From: Mobula hypostoma
Lineage: Eukaryota
Length of the DNA: 64,000 nt
Reading direction: 5' to 3'
Assembly: GCF_963921235.1 (NCBI RefSeq)
Contig: NC_086108.1
Span: 61,382,001-61,446,000 of the forward strand
Shown here in pieces: positions 1-11,131 of this stretch. The notes under the pieces are model-generated. The model was given only the letters and a program-made list of their open reading frames with translations, ran no database searches and was not told the origin of the DNA. How positions within the stretch are numbered: the first letter of the stretch is position 1; each line of letters opens with the position of its first letter. Made by a program: the position numbers and the translations under genes.

Positions 1-388
1 TAATTAGTTATTAATTACATATTGCAGGTGATTAAAAGTGCCTGGTTATTTTGTAATACTTATCCAAGAAGATTGAAGATCCAAACACTGTTTCAAGATT
101 TAAGATTATCACTTGGGTTGATGCTTAAGTGCAGTACTGATGAAATACTACATAAATGAAAGCATCAGCATTCCTAGAGGGAGAGAATCATTAGATGGAT
201 ACAATCACATAAATGAAAGACTGGAAACATATGAGTGTGGAGGGACAAAGAGGGTGGAGGTGTAGTGAAGATAGGATTCGTTAGTTCCATATCACTGGCA
301 AGATATTAAGCACGTATCTTCATTCAAATATTATCATTACAAATTCGCCTATCCAAACTCAGCAGACATAAACCAGGGGTAGATATTT

Positions 389-512
389 TAGATAGATGGA
401 TAGATAGAATCTTTATTGATCCTAAAGGAAATTACAGTGTCATAGTAGCATTACAAGTGCACAGATATACAAATATTAGAAGAGGATTAAGAAAGAATAA
501 AAATAAGTTACC
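389..512 (-). mobile_element. 3' tail fragment of a Rex1/Babar-type LINE
   Basis: On the minus strand AATTTCC..GGATCAATAAAG is followed by a (TATC)n microsatellite tail; same 3' motif as the short insertion at 59699-59744. Confidence 0.5.
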
Positions 513-807
513 TTAAAAATAAGATGCACAAGATTTACAGGTCAAAGATTCCCCAGCTATAGATAAAACATAGACAACATTCTCCTGTTAAGATAGTCAT
601 GCTATCAAGCTTTAAATGACACTGGACCATTTCTTTTTTTAAATATATTTTTATTGTAACCTTTATTTATTTTAAAATGAACACCAAATCTTTAAAGTCA
701 TCTCTTTTTGGAACTTAAGAATTGCTTGACAAAACAAAAGCAAATTCCATTTTGATTTGCTTTCTACCAATCATGTTTTTGCAATATTCGGAAGATGAGT
801 TCTTAAG

Positions 808-916
808 CATAGAAACATAGACTACCTACAGCACAATACAGGCTCTTCGGCCCACAAAGCTGTGCCAAACATGTCCTTACTATAGAAATTACCTAGGCTA
901 CCCATAGCCCTCTATT
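808..916 (-). mobile_element. CR1 LINE 3' end fragment
   Basis: CATAGAAACATAG tail then TACAGCACAATACAGGC..TTCGGCCCACAAAG; closely matches the CR1 3' end at 55183-55290. Confidence 0.7.
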
Positions 917-1380
917 CAACCCATGTATAGGTTGACTCATTATAGATTCTGATGGCCAAGGGTAAGAATGACCTCATATAGTACTCTTCTGAGCAGCGCA
1001 GTTGTATGAGTCTATAACTGAAGGTGCTCCTCTGTTCAGCCAAGGTGGCGTGCAAAGGGTGAGAAACATTGTCTAGATTTACAAGGATTTTTTGTAGGGT
1101 CCTTTGCTCTTTCACAACCTCCAGTTTGTCCATTTTGACTCCTAAAGCAGAGCTAGCCTTTTTAATCAGTTTATTGACCTGTGTTGATGCCATTGTCCTA
1201 GAACACTACTGGTTAGAAAATTGTCCTGGCAACAACAGACTGGTAAAACATGTAAAGGAGAGGCCTGATACCCCAAAGGACCTCAATCTCCTCAGGAAGT
1301 AGAAGCGACTCTGGCCCTTCTTGTACCCTAGCCTCTGTGTTGGTGTTCCACTCAAGTCCGTTATCCAGGTGCACCAGGTA
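917..1380 (-). mobile_element. Rex1/Babar-type LINE, C-terminal ORF remnant
   Basis: ORF 912-1193 reads NKLIKKASSALG..LDNVSHPLH..RLIQLRCSEEYYMRSFLPLAIRIYN, the typical Rex1 ORF C-terminus (HPLH...SFxPxAIRxxN). Confidence 0.8.
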
Positions 1381-2311
1381 CTTTCACGAAAGGTTAGGTT
1401 TGGTTTAGTGTGCCCTCACTCCAGCCCCCAAAAAAATCTGCCAATTCTGGTGGAGTTAATACTCCTTCCAATGAATTGCTGGGCATGAGAGTGAGACAGG
1501 TTATCTCAAAAATATCTTGGGAGTCCAATTGACGGGACAACACTGCGATAAACATGAAGGGCTGAATGCTCTCCTTCTATACCACAAGAAATACAAATGT
1601 AAAGATGCCAAAATCTGAGTATCCGTGGAGAAATAAAGTGAATGTTTGTTTTCCACATTATCAGGATGTGACCAACAATGTAATACATGAATTATTCTGG
1701 GACAGCTTTTGCTCTCTATGCCTGCAATAAATTTGGATGCAAGGAAAAGAGAAGAGATATTTAAAAATGACAGCATTAACTTAGATTCATGCTGCAAAGT
1801 ACAGCTGAATACAGTGAGGATGACCAGAGTTGGCAGGAAGATAGCAAAAGAAAAATCAATGGAATGAAGTGTTAACAGTCTTTTTTAAAAAAAAATAAAA
1901 CAAATATTATATCTGAATAGAATTGAAATGTGCATTTTCACGTTGGTGTTACAAGTAGAAAACTGGTGTTGAACTAAAAAAGGAGTTGATACATCTCGAG
2001 CTTGGGTGCAATTCTAGGATTGCATTAAAATGATGATTTTAGATGCTTGGATAGGATATACAGAATCATACCTCATTGCAAGTTTGATAACTGCTGGAAA
2101 TGCAGGGACACTGAAGGTAAAGTGAAAATTTCATCTATGTATTCCTCATTTTAGGAAAGTACATTGATTAGATTCTCCCTTAGGCATATAAGAGTGAAGG
2201 AAATTTCGTCCTGGTTGATTGGGGAAAATTTACCAAACGGGGGTGGGGGGGGTCAAAAGAACTTCTTTTTGCATTAAGGATCAACATTTAAGTCATGGAA
2301 AACTTATCAAG

Positions 2312-3020
2312 CTCAAAATTCAAAGTAACTTTATTATCAAGATACATATACGTCTTCATATGCAACCCTGAGATGCAAGAAGCATAATATAATCAATGAA
2401 AGACTGTCTCCAATGGGACAGACAACAACCAATGTGCAAAAGACTACAAACTATGCAAATACAAAACAGGAAAAAATAAAATAATAATAAAGCAATAAGT
2501 ATTGTAAAAATGAGTTGTAGAATCATTGAAAGAGAATCCATAGGTTGTAGAAACAGTTTGGTGATGGGCCGTCTGAAGTTATCTGCTCAGGTTCAAGAAC
2601 CTGATGGTTGTGGGGTAACAACTTTACCTGAACCTGGTGGTATAGGTCCTGAAGTTCCTGTACCTTCATCCTGATGGTAGCATGGCCGAGATGGTGAGGG
2701 TCCTTAATAATGGATGCTGCTTTCCTGTAACAATGCTCCTTGTAGATGTGATCAATGGTGTGGAAGGCTGCATCCACTACTTTTTCTAGGCTTTTCCATT
2801 CAAAGGCATTGGTGTCTCCACTGATGTAACCAGTCAATATACTCTGCACTGCACATCTATAGAAGTTTTAGATGAAATGCCAAATCTTCCAAAAAAGTAA
2901 AGACGGTGCAGTGCTTTCTTTACATGCTGGCCTCAGCACTGATCCTATGAAATGATAACACCAAGGAATTCAAAGTTGTTGACCCTCTCCATCTTTGATC
3001 CCTCAATGAGGACTGGCTGT
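2312..3020 (-). mobile_element. Rex1/Babar-type LINE 3' fragment
   Basis: ORF 2523-2849 reads SILTGYIS..KSLEKVVDAA..KAASIIKDPHHLGH; 3' UTR ends TTGATAATAAAGTTACTTTG on the minus strand. Confidence 0.75.
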
Positions 3021-3330
3021 TGGTTAGTTAGTTCTTAACATTTTACAAAGAAAGAATATGAAAAATATATTAAAATGCTGAACATTTAGATGAGAGAAAG
3101 CTCCACTTATAACAGCATGATGGATGAATTGTCACCTGAATGGAATAATTTATTTATTTGTCCATAAGTTTTGTATTCCTCCTTTTTTCCCACAGATTGC
3201 AACCATATTTTCAATAAAAAATGAACATGACATTATAAGCCACCTACCTGAACACTTCTGAAATACAAATACTCAGATATTGCCAGGTCAGAACAATTAT
3301 TGAAGCACATCTGTAGAAAGCTGCTTTTAC

Positions 3331-4345
3331 AAGTTCAAGTTCAAGGTTATTGTCATCTGACTCTACATATACTGTACACAACCAAATGAAACAATGTCCT
3401 TCTGGAGCATGGTGCACTCACAAAGTACATATCACACACAGCACATAAACCAAGATATTATCATAAATGTAGCAGTGTGCAAAAGTCTTTAGGCACTTAT
3501 ATATAGCTAGGGTGCCTAAGATCTTTGCACAGTACTGTAGTTGTCAACGTGCAGTAGAGAGCGAGTTTGTAAATCTGGTGGGAGCAAAGGATGCTGGGAA
3601 TGGTAAGGGTGGAGTGCTGTGGGAGGGGTTTGGGACAGGTTGTAGAGAAGGAATGCCAGGGTCATGGGAGGAGCAGGTGCAGACATAGCGAGCCCTGAAA
3701 CACCAGGCGTCATTTCATTTCAAATAATTGGTTAACTGATTATTACTGAATGTTTCTCTCATACCTCCTGCTCATTCTCCTCTACATTCCCCTTTTTCCA
3801 ACCATGATACCCCTCTCCCTGTCTCCTTCCTTCTCTCAGTCCACAATAGAGACCCATGTCAGAATAAGGTTTATCATCACTCACATATGTCATGAAATTT
3901 GTTTTATTTTTGTGGCAGCAATACAGTGCAATAAAATTACTACCTTACTGTGCAAAGATCTTAGGCATCCTAGCCAGATATATGTGCCTAAGACTTTTGC
4001 ACAGTGCTGTAAGTTAATAAAAGTGAAAATGCATGTAGAGCACAGCACAGGAAAACAGTAAACAGCTCGCTGTCCTAGTGACGAGACTTCAGTGCTGGCA
4101 GGGTATTCATTAGTCTCACAGCCTGAGGGAAGAAGCTGTTGTCCCATCTAGCCTTCCTGGTCCTGATACCTCTGTACTTCTTCCTTGAGCTAGTGAGAGA
4201 TGGGTCATTGGGATCCTTTACAATGCTTCCAGCCTTTAGTCTGCAATGCTCTAGGCAAATGTCACACATGGAGGGGATGGTGACACCGGTGATCCTCTCA
4301 ACAGTTTTTACTATTCTCTGTAGGGTCTTGTGGTCCAATGCAATT
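3331..4345 (-). mobile_element. Rex1/Babar-type LINE 3' fragment, interrupted by a MITE
   Basis: ORF 4075-4338 reads DHKTLQRIVKTVERITG..KAGSIVKDPNDPS..RWDNSFFPQAVRLMN; (AAGTTC)n tail at 3331. Confidence 0.8.
3470..4011. mobile_element. Tc1/mariner-type MITE with about 65-bp terminal inverted repeats
   Basis: Left TAGCAGTGTGCAAAAGTCTTTAGGCAC...TTTGCACAGTA is the reverse complement of right TACTGTGCAAAGATCTTAGGCA...CTTTTGCACAGTGCTGTA; TA at both ends; termini resemble Tc1 CAGTG..CAAAAGT. Confidence 0.75.
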
Positions 4346-4357
4346 TGTGTACCACAG

Positions 4358-5061
4358 TTTTGGCATTTGAACAGTGGCCGATATGAGATTGGGATTTATG
4401 AGCAAGTACAAATTGAGGTAAGGCAGGGCAAGCTGAGTGGCTTTTGTTGTAGTGGACAGTCTTAGAGTGGGGGTTTTAGACTTCAGCTCTTTGAGGCTTC
4501 AGCGAAGAGAGTTAGAGTGGGGGTTTTAGACTTCAGCTCTTTGAGGCTTCAGCGAAGAGAGACTTGAGTGAGAGAAGGTGGAAAGCTGCAGGTAGAGTCT
4601 TTTCAGCTTATTTATTATTTCCTTCTTTATAATCGCATAGTTGGAACTGCAGGGACGTCAGGAAGAATAGTAGAATGCTTCTCTTGCAAGATGTGGGAAG
4701 GCAGGGAGACCTCCAGTGTCCTTGATGACTTCACATGCAAGGTGCATCCAGCTGCAGCTTCTAACACTCCGCATTAAGGAGTTGGAGCTGGAAATGGATG
4801 AACTCTGGATCACTTGGGAGGCTGAAGGGGTGATAGATAGGACGTTTAGAGAGGTAGTTACACCCAGGGTGCAGGGCACAGGAAACTGGGTGACAGGAGG
4901 GCCAAAGAGTTTAAACATCTAGTGTAGAGTACCCCTGTGGCCTTCCCTCTCAATGACAGGTAGACTTCTTGAGATACTCTTGGAGGGGGTGGGGTGACCT
5001 AGCAGAGGAAAGTCACAGTGGTCATGTCTCTGGCACTGAGTTGGGTTCTGTGACTCAAAAG
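4358..5061 (+). mobile_element. CR1 LINE 5' UTR and ORF1 N-terminus (zinc finger/leucine zipper), 3'-truncated
   Basis: VECFSCKMWE..DDFTC and CIQLQLLTLRIKELELEMDELWITWEAEGVIDRTFREVVTP (ORFs 4568-4777 and 4716-4922); homologous to 40220-40560. Confidence 0.8.
4462..4561 (+). repeat. Perfect 2 x 50-bp tandem duplication in the CR1 5' UTR
   Basis: TTAGAGTGGGGGTTTTAGACTTCAGCTCTTTGAGGCTTCAGCGAAGAGAG at 4462-4511 and 4512-4561. Confidence 0.95.
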
Positions 5062-5071
5062 ACCCTGAGAT

Positions 5072-5345
5072 CATAAAACCATAAGATATAGGGGCAGAAT
5101 TAGGCCATTTGGATCATCGAGTCTGCTTCGTCTTTTGATCACGACTGATTCATTTTCCATCTCAGCCCCAATCTCCTGCCCTCTCCTCATATTTCTTCAA
5201 GCCCTGACCAATCAAGAATCTATCAACCCCTGCCTTAAATATATGTGAAGAATTCGCCTCCACAGCCACCCGTGGCTACAAATTCCACAGATTCACTACT
5301 CTCTAGCTAAAGAAATTCCTCCTCATCTCTGTTCTAAAAGTATAC
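5072..5345 (-). mobile_element. CR1 LINE 3' end fragment
   Basis: CATAAAACCATAAGATATAGG tail; reverse complement of CR1 3' ends such as 39100-39355 (CAAATTCCACAGATTCACTACTCTCT). Confidence 0.8.
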
Positions 5346-6329
5346 CACCAATAGAAGCTCTCAGCTAGAGCAAAATCCACCTTGAATTGTCTATCCATTT
5401 CCATACATGATGACTACTAATAAATTTAACAAGCAGCAAAAGGTCTTGTTTTTTATTTGTTGCAATACTTGTTCATCAATTATTTAGAAACAGGTGGGAG
5501 TAATCAGAACAGTGTGAAATATAGATTAGTGATCCATTCTTTCCCCAGACATTTGATCACTTTTGACTCATGTCTGCATTTTTTATTAATTGCAAATGAA
5601 TGAAATTCAATCATTAGATTAATGCGATAGAGTAATTTAATAGACAAGGAAAGAAGTGGCTCTTAGCCTTTCAGTTGATTTGCCAATAAACTCAATGCAA
5701 GGATGATTTATTCATAGTAATTCTGCTCTACCTCTTCCATTTGCATCCTCATGCTTAGCATGAAGGAAGCAAGATTGTATGCATAACTGTGAAATAGGTG
5801 CCCATATCAATACATGCAATCAGAACGATGCCGCCTTTATTACAACTTGGTTGGCTATTTACCTCAAATTACAACTGTGACTTGGGCTTTATCAAAACTG
5901 AACAGATGAAAAACTAAACACAGCAAATTTCATTGTATTACATAACTTTATTAAAGGCAGTTGCAGAATAATAACATCCAGAAACTCTTGCTCGTCTCTA
6001 AAAAGGTTGTTAATTTGTAAATGCAGCCAAGATACAAGATGTCAACTCTGATCTTCCCCTATCACCCATTTGTCAAACTGCTAACTAGAGCAAAGATTTA
6101 CAGGTGAGAAGCCTAGACACACAGGTCTTTGCTATGAAATTCAAACAGGGTTAAAGGATGATCAAAAAGATATGCAAATGATTTAAACAAGATCATAGTC
6201 AAATACATTTTCCATTGAAATCTTTTAGAAATAAATTTAACATACTTATTTCCTCAAGTTCAATTTGAATATGTTTGTATAATTTTACCTTGTAGATGAA
6301 AAGCCTGTCAGAAAATAAACAGACACATG

Positions 6330-7238
6330 GGCAGGGGAGAGCCTGCAGTTCCTGATGCTCTCATGCCCATGAAGCCCTTGTCATTCTCGGTTAAAAGGTT
6401 CATAAGAATTTTGAAATCTTGTTGGAGCAGCTTGGGGGATGTGTCATAACTAAACTGCATGTTCTAAATGGGACTGTGCACTCATGTTAGAACTAATGAA
6501 TCTTTAGAATAGCTGATGGCATACCAATCACATGGGCTGCTTTGTCCCGAATCGTTAATTTTTTGAGTGATACTGAAACTAAATCTAACCAGACAAGTGG
6601 TAAATATTTGATCGCACTCCTAATTTGTGCTTTATAGTTGGTGAACAGTCTTTCTAGTGTTGGAGGATAGGGCTGGGACTGGGAAGAGGCACTTACTGCA
6701 AGGTATCCAGACACTGACCTGCTCTCGGAGCCACATTTTTACATAGTTTACCCAGCTGAGTTTCTCCACAACAGTGACCACTGCAAGATACTGATGGCAG
6801 GGCAGTGGTAATGCTACTAAATGTCATGTATAAGTGATGGGGCTCTCTCATGTTAGAAATGGTCCTTGTCAGTGTGGCACAAGAGTGACATGCCACTTAT
6901 TAATTCTTACTTGTATGTTATCTAGGTCTTGCTGCATGGTCTGCTTCACTTACTGAGAAGTTATTAGTCAATCAAAAGACGGCTGGGATCATTGACTTTC
7001 AATCAATACAATCATTATCCTTTGTGCAAGATATGATTCCAACCACAAGGGTGTTTTCTCCCTGGTGTCATTGACTTCAGATTTGCTGGAGTATCTTGAC
7101 TCTGCAATCTATCAATATTCTCCTTTAATGTCAAGGGTAGTCAGTCTTAATTTAATTTGCAGAGCCAGGCTAAGTGGTAGAGGCAAAACACAAACTAGGC
7201 ACTGGTGAGCAGGTGAGTAGCTGCCACTTCATAGCACA
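6330..7238 (-). mobile_element. Old, degraded CR1/L2-group LINE RT fragment (probably continues at about 7965-8515)
   Basis: ORF 6493-6714 reads YKAQIRSAIKYLPLVW..KKL..IRDKAAHVIG, resembling the YKAQVRxxMEYxxxxW motif; similar sequence at 37512-37950 and 39356-39485. Confidence 0.55.
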
Positions 7239-7957
7239 GTGACACAACGGCAAAAAACTTTTCCTTCAATGTCAGCAAAACAAAAGAGCTGGTCACTGAT
7301 TTCAGGAAGTGGGTGGGGGGGGTGCAGTGCACATGTTCACATCTACATTAACATTGCTGAGGTTGGGAGGGCCAAGACCTTCAAACTTCTTGGAGTGAAC
7401 ATCACCAATAGCCTGTCCAATCACAAAGATGTCACAGCTAAGAAAACTCATCAATATTTCTACTTTCTCAAGTGGCCGAAGAAACTTAGCATGTCCCTGT
7501 CAATATTTACCCATTTTTATTGATGCACTGTAGAAAGTAGTCCTGTCTGGATGTATCACAGCTTGATATGGCAACTGCTTTCCTCGTGACCTCAAGACAC
7601 TGCAGAGAAATGTAGATACAGCTTGGCATATCACGGAAACCATCTTCCTTTCCATGGACTCTGTTTCACTTCTCACTGCCTCAGTAAAACAGCCAGCCAG
7701 ACATTCTCTCTTCCTCCTCCATCTCATCAGGCAGAAGATACAAAAATGTGAAAGCATGTACCACCAGGGTCAACGACATTTTCTACCCCATTGTTATAAC
7801 ACTACTGGTTATAATAAGATGGTCTTTTGACCTCACACTCTACCACAATACGTCCTTGCACCCTAATGTCCACCTTCACAGTACTTTCCCTATAGTTATA
7901 CTTTACTGGACAAACTTTTCACTGTACTTCGGTACATGTGACAATAATAAACCAATT
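7239..7957 (+). mobile_element. Rex1/Babar-type LINE 3' fragment
   Basis: NVSKTK..FKLLGVNITNSLS..KKTHQYFYFLKWPKK; 3' end CATGTGACAATAATAAACCAATT. Confidence 0.8.
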
Positions 7958-8520
7958 TCTATTGCAAGTGTGATGATTGAGAGTAAATTGATTTAGTAAT
8001 TCGTCCTTTTTTTTGTGAACAGTGTACACTGGGCAACTTTCCACATTGTAGGTACCAGAACAGGTGATTCTGAAGCATAGGTATTCAGTCTAAACCTAAT
8101 ATCTTTTCTGAGGTATCCAATGCTCTCAGCCTTTTCTTAACTTGTGCAGGATAAGTAGAATTCATCGACAATACTTGCGGAGGAAGCAGAGTTATATCAT
8201 CCTCTTGGCACTTCTGGGCAAACACAGCTGTGAATTCTGGGCCCTGCTTTTGCTTATGATAATGGTTCTTTTGGATCCTTGCCTTTTTGCGAGTTATTTA
8301 AATGTCCACCATCCATAACTAGATATGATATGAATGCAGAGACACTATTACAGAATTGTTCAGGAATTGCATACTGTTTTTGCTTTATAGCATAGATGTA
8401 GTAATGAAAGTCTGCTTCAACAGGCTGACATCTTATTTTCAGATAGTCCTGTTACTGTGTTCAACATTTTCTTTGGCACTCCTCACAGAACCAAATTTAC
8501 TCTTCTAGCTTGATATTAAT

Positions 8521-8721
8521 TGTGTCTGTGCACAACTACATATATACTTAATAAATGCACATATGAGGGAGATGGCTTTAATTGGTGTATTCACATTGCA
8601 GAGAGAGAGAGAGAGAGAACAATGTGCATGCGTAGACAACAGCGCATGCACAGACAACAGATCAATATGTACTGCTAAAGGGAGGACGATTGCTCTAAAA
8701 GAAATAAATCCATACATTATA
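8521..8721 (-). repeat. 3' LTR of the Gypsy element
   Basis: Diverged direct repeat of 14979-15172 (TGTCTGTGCACAACTACATATA...GCTCTAAAAGAA..ATACATTA). Confidence 0.85.
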
Positions 8722-9134
8722 CTTGCTCCCCTTTTAAATTAATGCAACAAAAAGCTGCATATGTACAGAACATTCAATTTCCCTTTCATAAACCCATATT
8801 CTAAATAAACATGCTTTCACAATAACAGTCCATAACTAACATCATAGCTCTAAAGGTTCAGTCTTTTAGGTGGCTCTCTGTTTCTTTCAGGATAGCGTCT
8901 CTGGAACCATGGAGTGGCATCAGGTTTGGTAGATGTATTGTCTAAGACAACATTCTTGGTTTCTGGTGTCACGTTGCTGTCATTGACATGATTTTCACTG
9001 CAAGGTAATGGTAGTCGTGGAAATTCTTATTCCACATTCTAGACTAAGGGCCTCTCAGTCATTCTATGTGTAGGTGCCTTCTGCTCCTGTTTGTGATCTT
9101 GAAGCAGACACAATCGGACATTCAGATCCACCTT

Positions 9135-11131
9135 TCATAATGTGTGACAAAACGGCTCCGATACCTGTACCATAAGGGGGCGTATTGCATGCCAATCTGA
9201 TGGCCAGGGATGGGCGAGCAGTTCATCAGATGTTATTATTCTCTTTGTTTCCTTCAATGCTTTTTCACATCTTTCTGACCATTCCGACTTTGCTCCTGTC
9301 TGTAACAGTATGTTCAATGGGTGCAGTACTGAGACAATGTTTGGGAGAAACCAGTGGTAGTAGTTTACAAGGCCCAAGAATGACCTGAATTGTAATACAT
9401 TTTCCAGTTTGGTGCCTGTAGCATTGCTTCAATCTTCTCCTGTGACTTACGTAAGCCATGCTTGTCAATGACATGTCTACAATATGAGATTTCATTCTTG
9501 GAAAAACTCACATTTCACTCTCTTTGTGTGCAGACTGGTAAATACTTACCAAGGTTCTGGTGGCACTGTTCATCACTTTGCCAGTCACAATAAATGTCAT
9601 CAAGGTAACATTGTGTTCCTGGGATATCTTGGAGCACTTGCTCCATTGCTCTTTGCCAAGTTGCAGGAGCTGATGCGATGCCAAAGACGAGACAATTTTA
9701 CTGGTGAGTGTTGAATGTGAGGAATTTCCTGCTCGATTCCTCAATCTTCATTTGCAGATGGGCTTGTGACAAGTCAATCTTTGAAAACCTTTCCCCACCT
9801 GCCAAAGATGCAAAAATGTCTTCTTTTCACAGCAGGGATACTGCACAGTATGCAGCACAAGGTTGATGCTCACCTTGAAATCCCCACATATGCGAATGAC
9901 TCCAGCTTTCCTTTTCTTGATCACCTGGACTATGGGCTCCAATCACTCCACTCAGACTTGGAGTGAATGTCAGATGCTTCTGAGCTCTGAAGTTCAGCAT
10001 CCATTTTAGGACATAGTGTGTAAGGCACTGGACGTGCTTTACGGAATCTTGGTGTTGCTGCTTCATCCAGTTCAATTCTGACATTCCTGCCTTTGAGTTC
10101 ACCAATCCCCTTCTCAAACACCTTCTCATTAGCCTTAAGCAGCTGTGCCAGTCTCTGGATAGAGCTACCATCTTGGCTACTGTTGCCAATTGACGTCATA
10201 CTGAGACCCCTGACTGAGTGGGGTTAACTGTTGTGTTCAGCCTCTGTACATCACATTTACTTTCAGTTTGCCTTTGGGAGACACTTTTTCACCTGTGCAG
10301 GTCTTTTACATCACTGAGGTCTTCTCTAACGATATTTTAGAAAACAGTCTGTAGTAGTCAGCCTCGGGAATTATAGATAAATTTGACCCTGTATCCAGCT
10401 CCATTTTCAGTTTTACACCAGACACATCTATTGTGATCCAGACGATTTTGTGATCTGCTTCAGTTATACTATGCATTTCTAAGCATGACAGTTCACCTTT
10501 GTTAGACTCTATATTGTCTGATTCTGTTTTATATTTAGTAACTTTATGCATTTCTTGGTTTTGTGTTTGAGACTTTTCACCCGGTTGTGCTTTTGATCTG
10601 CTTTGCACATTCTCTTTATGCGACCTTGTCTGTGACACTTTCTGCAGATTTTTTTCTTTGTACCAACAGTCATTTGTATCTTGGGAGGATTTGCCATATC
10701 GATAACATCTTTGGCTTTTTGCACCATTCAGGGACATTTTGCGCATTTCACATTCTAAACTCTTTTTCTGTAGTTCTGCTGCATCCTTTACTGCAGTCTC
10801 TAATGATATTGCAATGCCCGTTCTAAGGTTAGGTCTCTTTCAGATAACAGCCTCTTTTGAGTGCTTTGATGATGCATGTCACATCAACCCTGTCCCTTAA
10901 TGCATCGGAAAGTTCATCTCTAAAGTCACAGTACTGGGAAAGTTTGCGCAGTTCTGCAGTGTATTCAGAAATGTTTTCATCTTTTCTGTGGTTCCTTTTG
11001 TAAAATCTAAATATCTCAGCTATTACAATTGATTTTGGGCTCAAATGATTTTGAAAAATTGTAACAATTTTTCAGGGCTTTTCAGGGGTTATTAAGTTGC
11101 ATAAGAGACTGCGCATATTTGGGCCCATTAA
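9135..11131 (-). pseudogene. Gypsy gag-pol remnants (gag, zinc knuckle, aspartic protease, RT), frameshifted
   Basis: IAEIFRFYKRNHRKDENISEYTAELRKLSQYCDF (gag); CRKCHRQGRIKRMC; KMELDTGSNLSII (protease); PRFRKARPVPY, IRICGDFKVSIN and GLVNYYHWFLPNIVSVLHPLN (RT). Confidence 0.9.

Noticed and set aside
4462..4561. Direct repeats as a CRISPR-like array (also 55954-56021)
   Set aside because: Only two adjacent units, no spacers, inside eukaryotic transposons.
8510..8525. TSD for the large Gypsy element (ATATT versus GTATT at 15173)
   Set aside because: The left LTR terminus is too decayed to place the boundary reliably.
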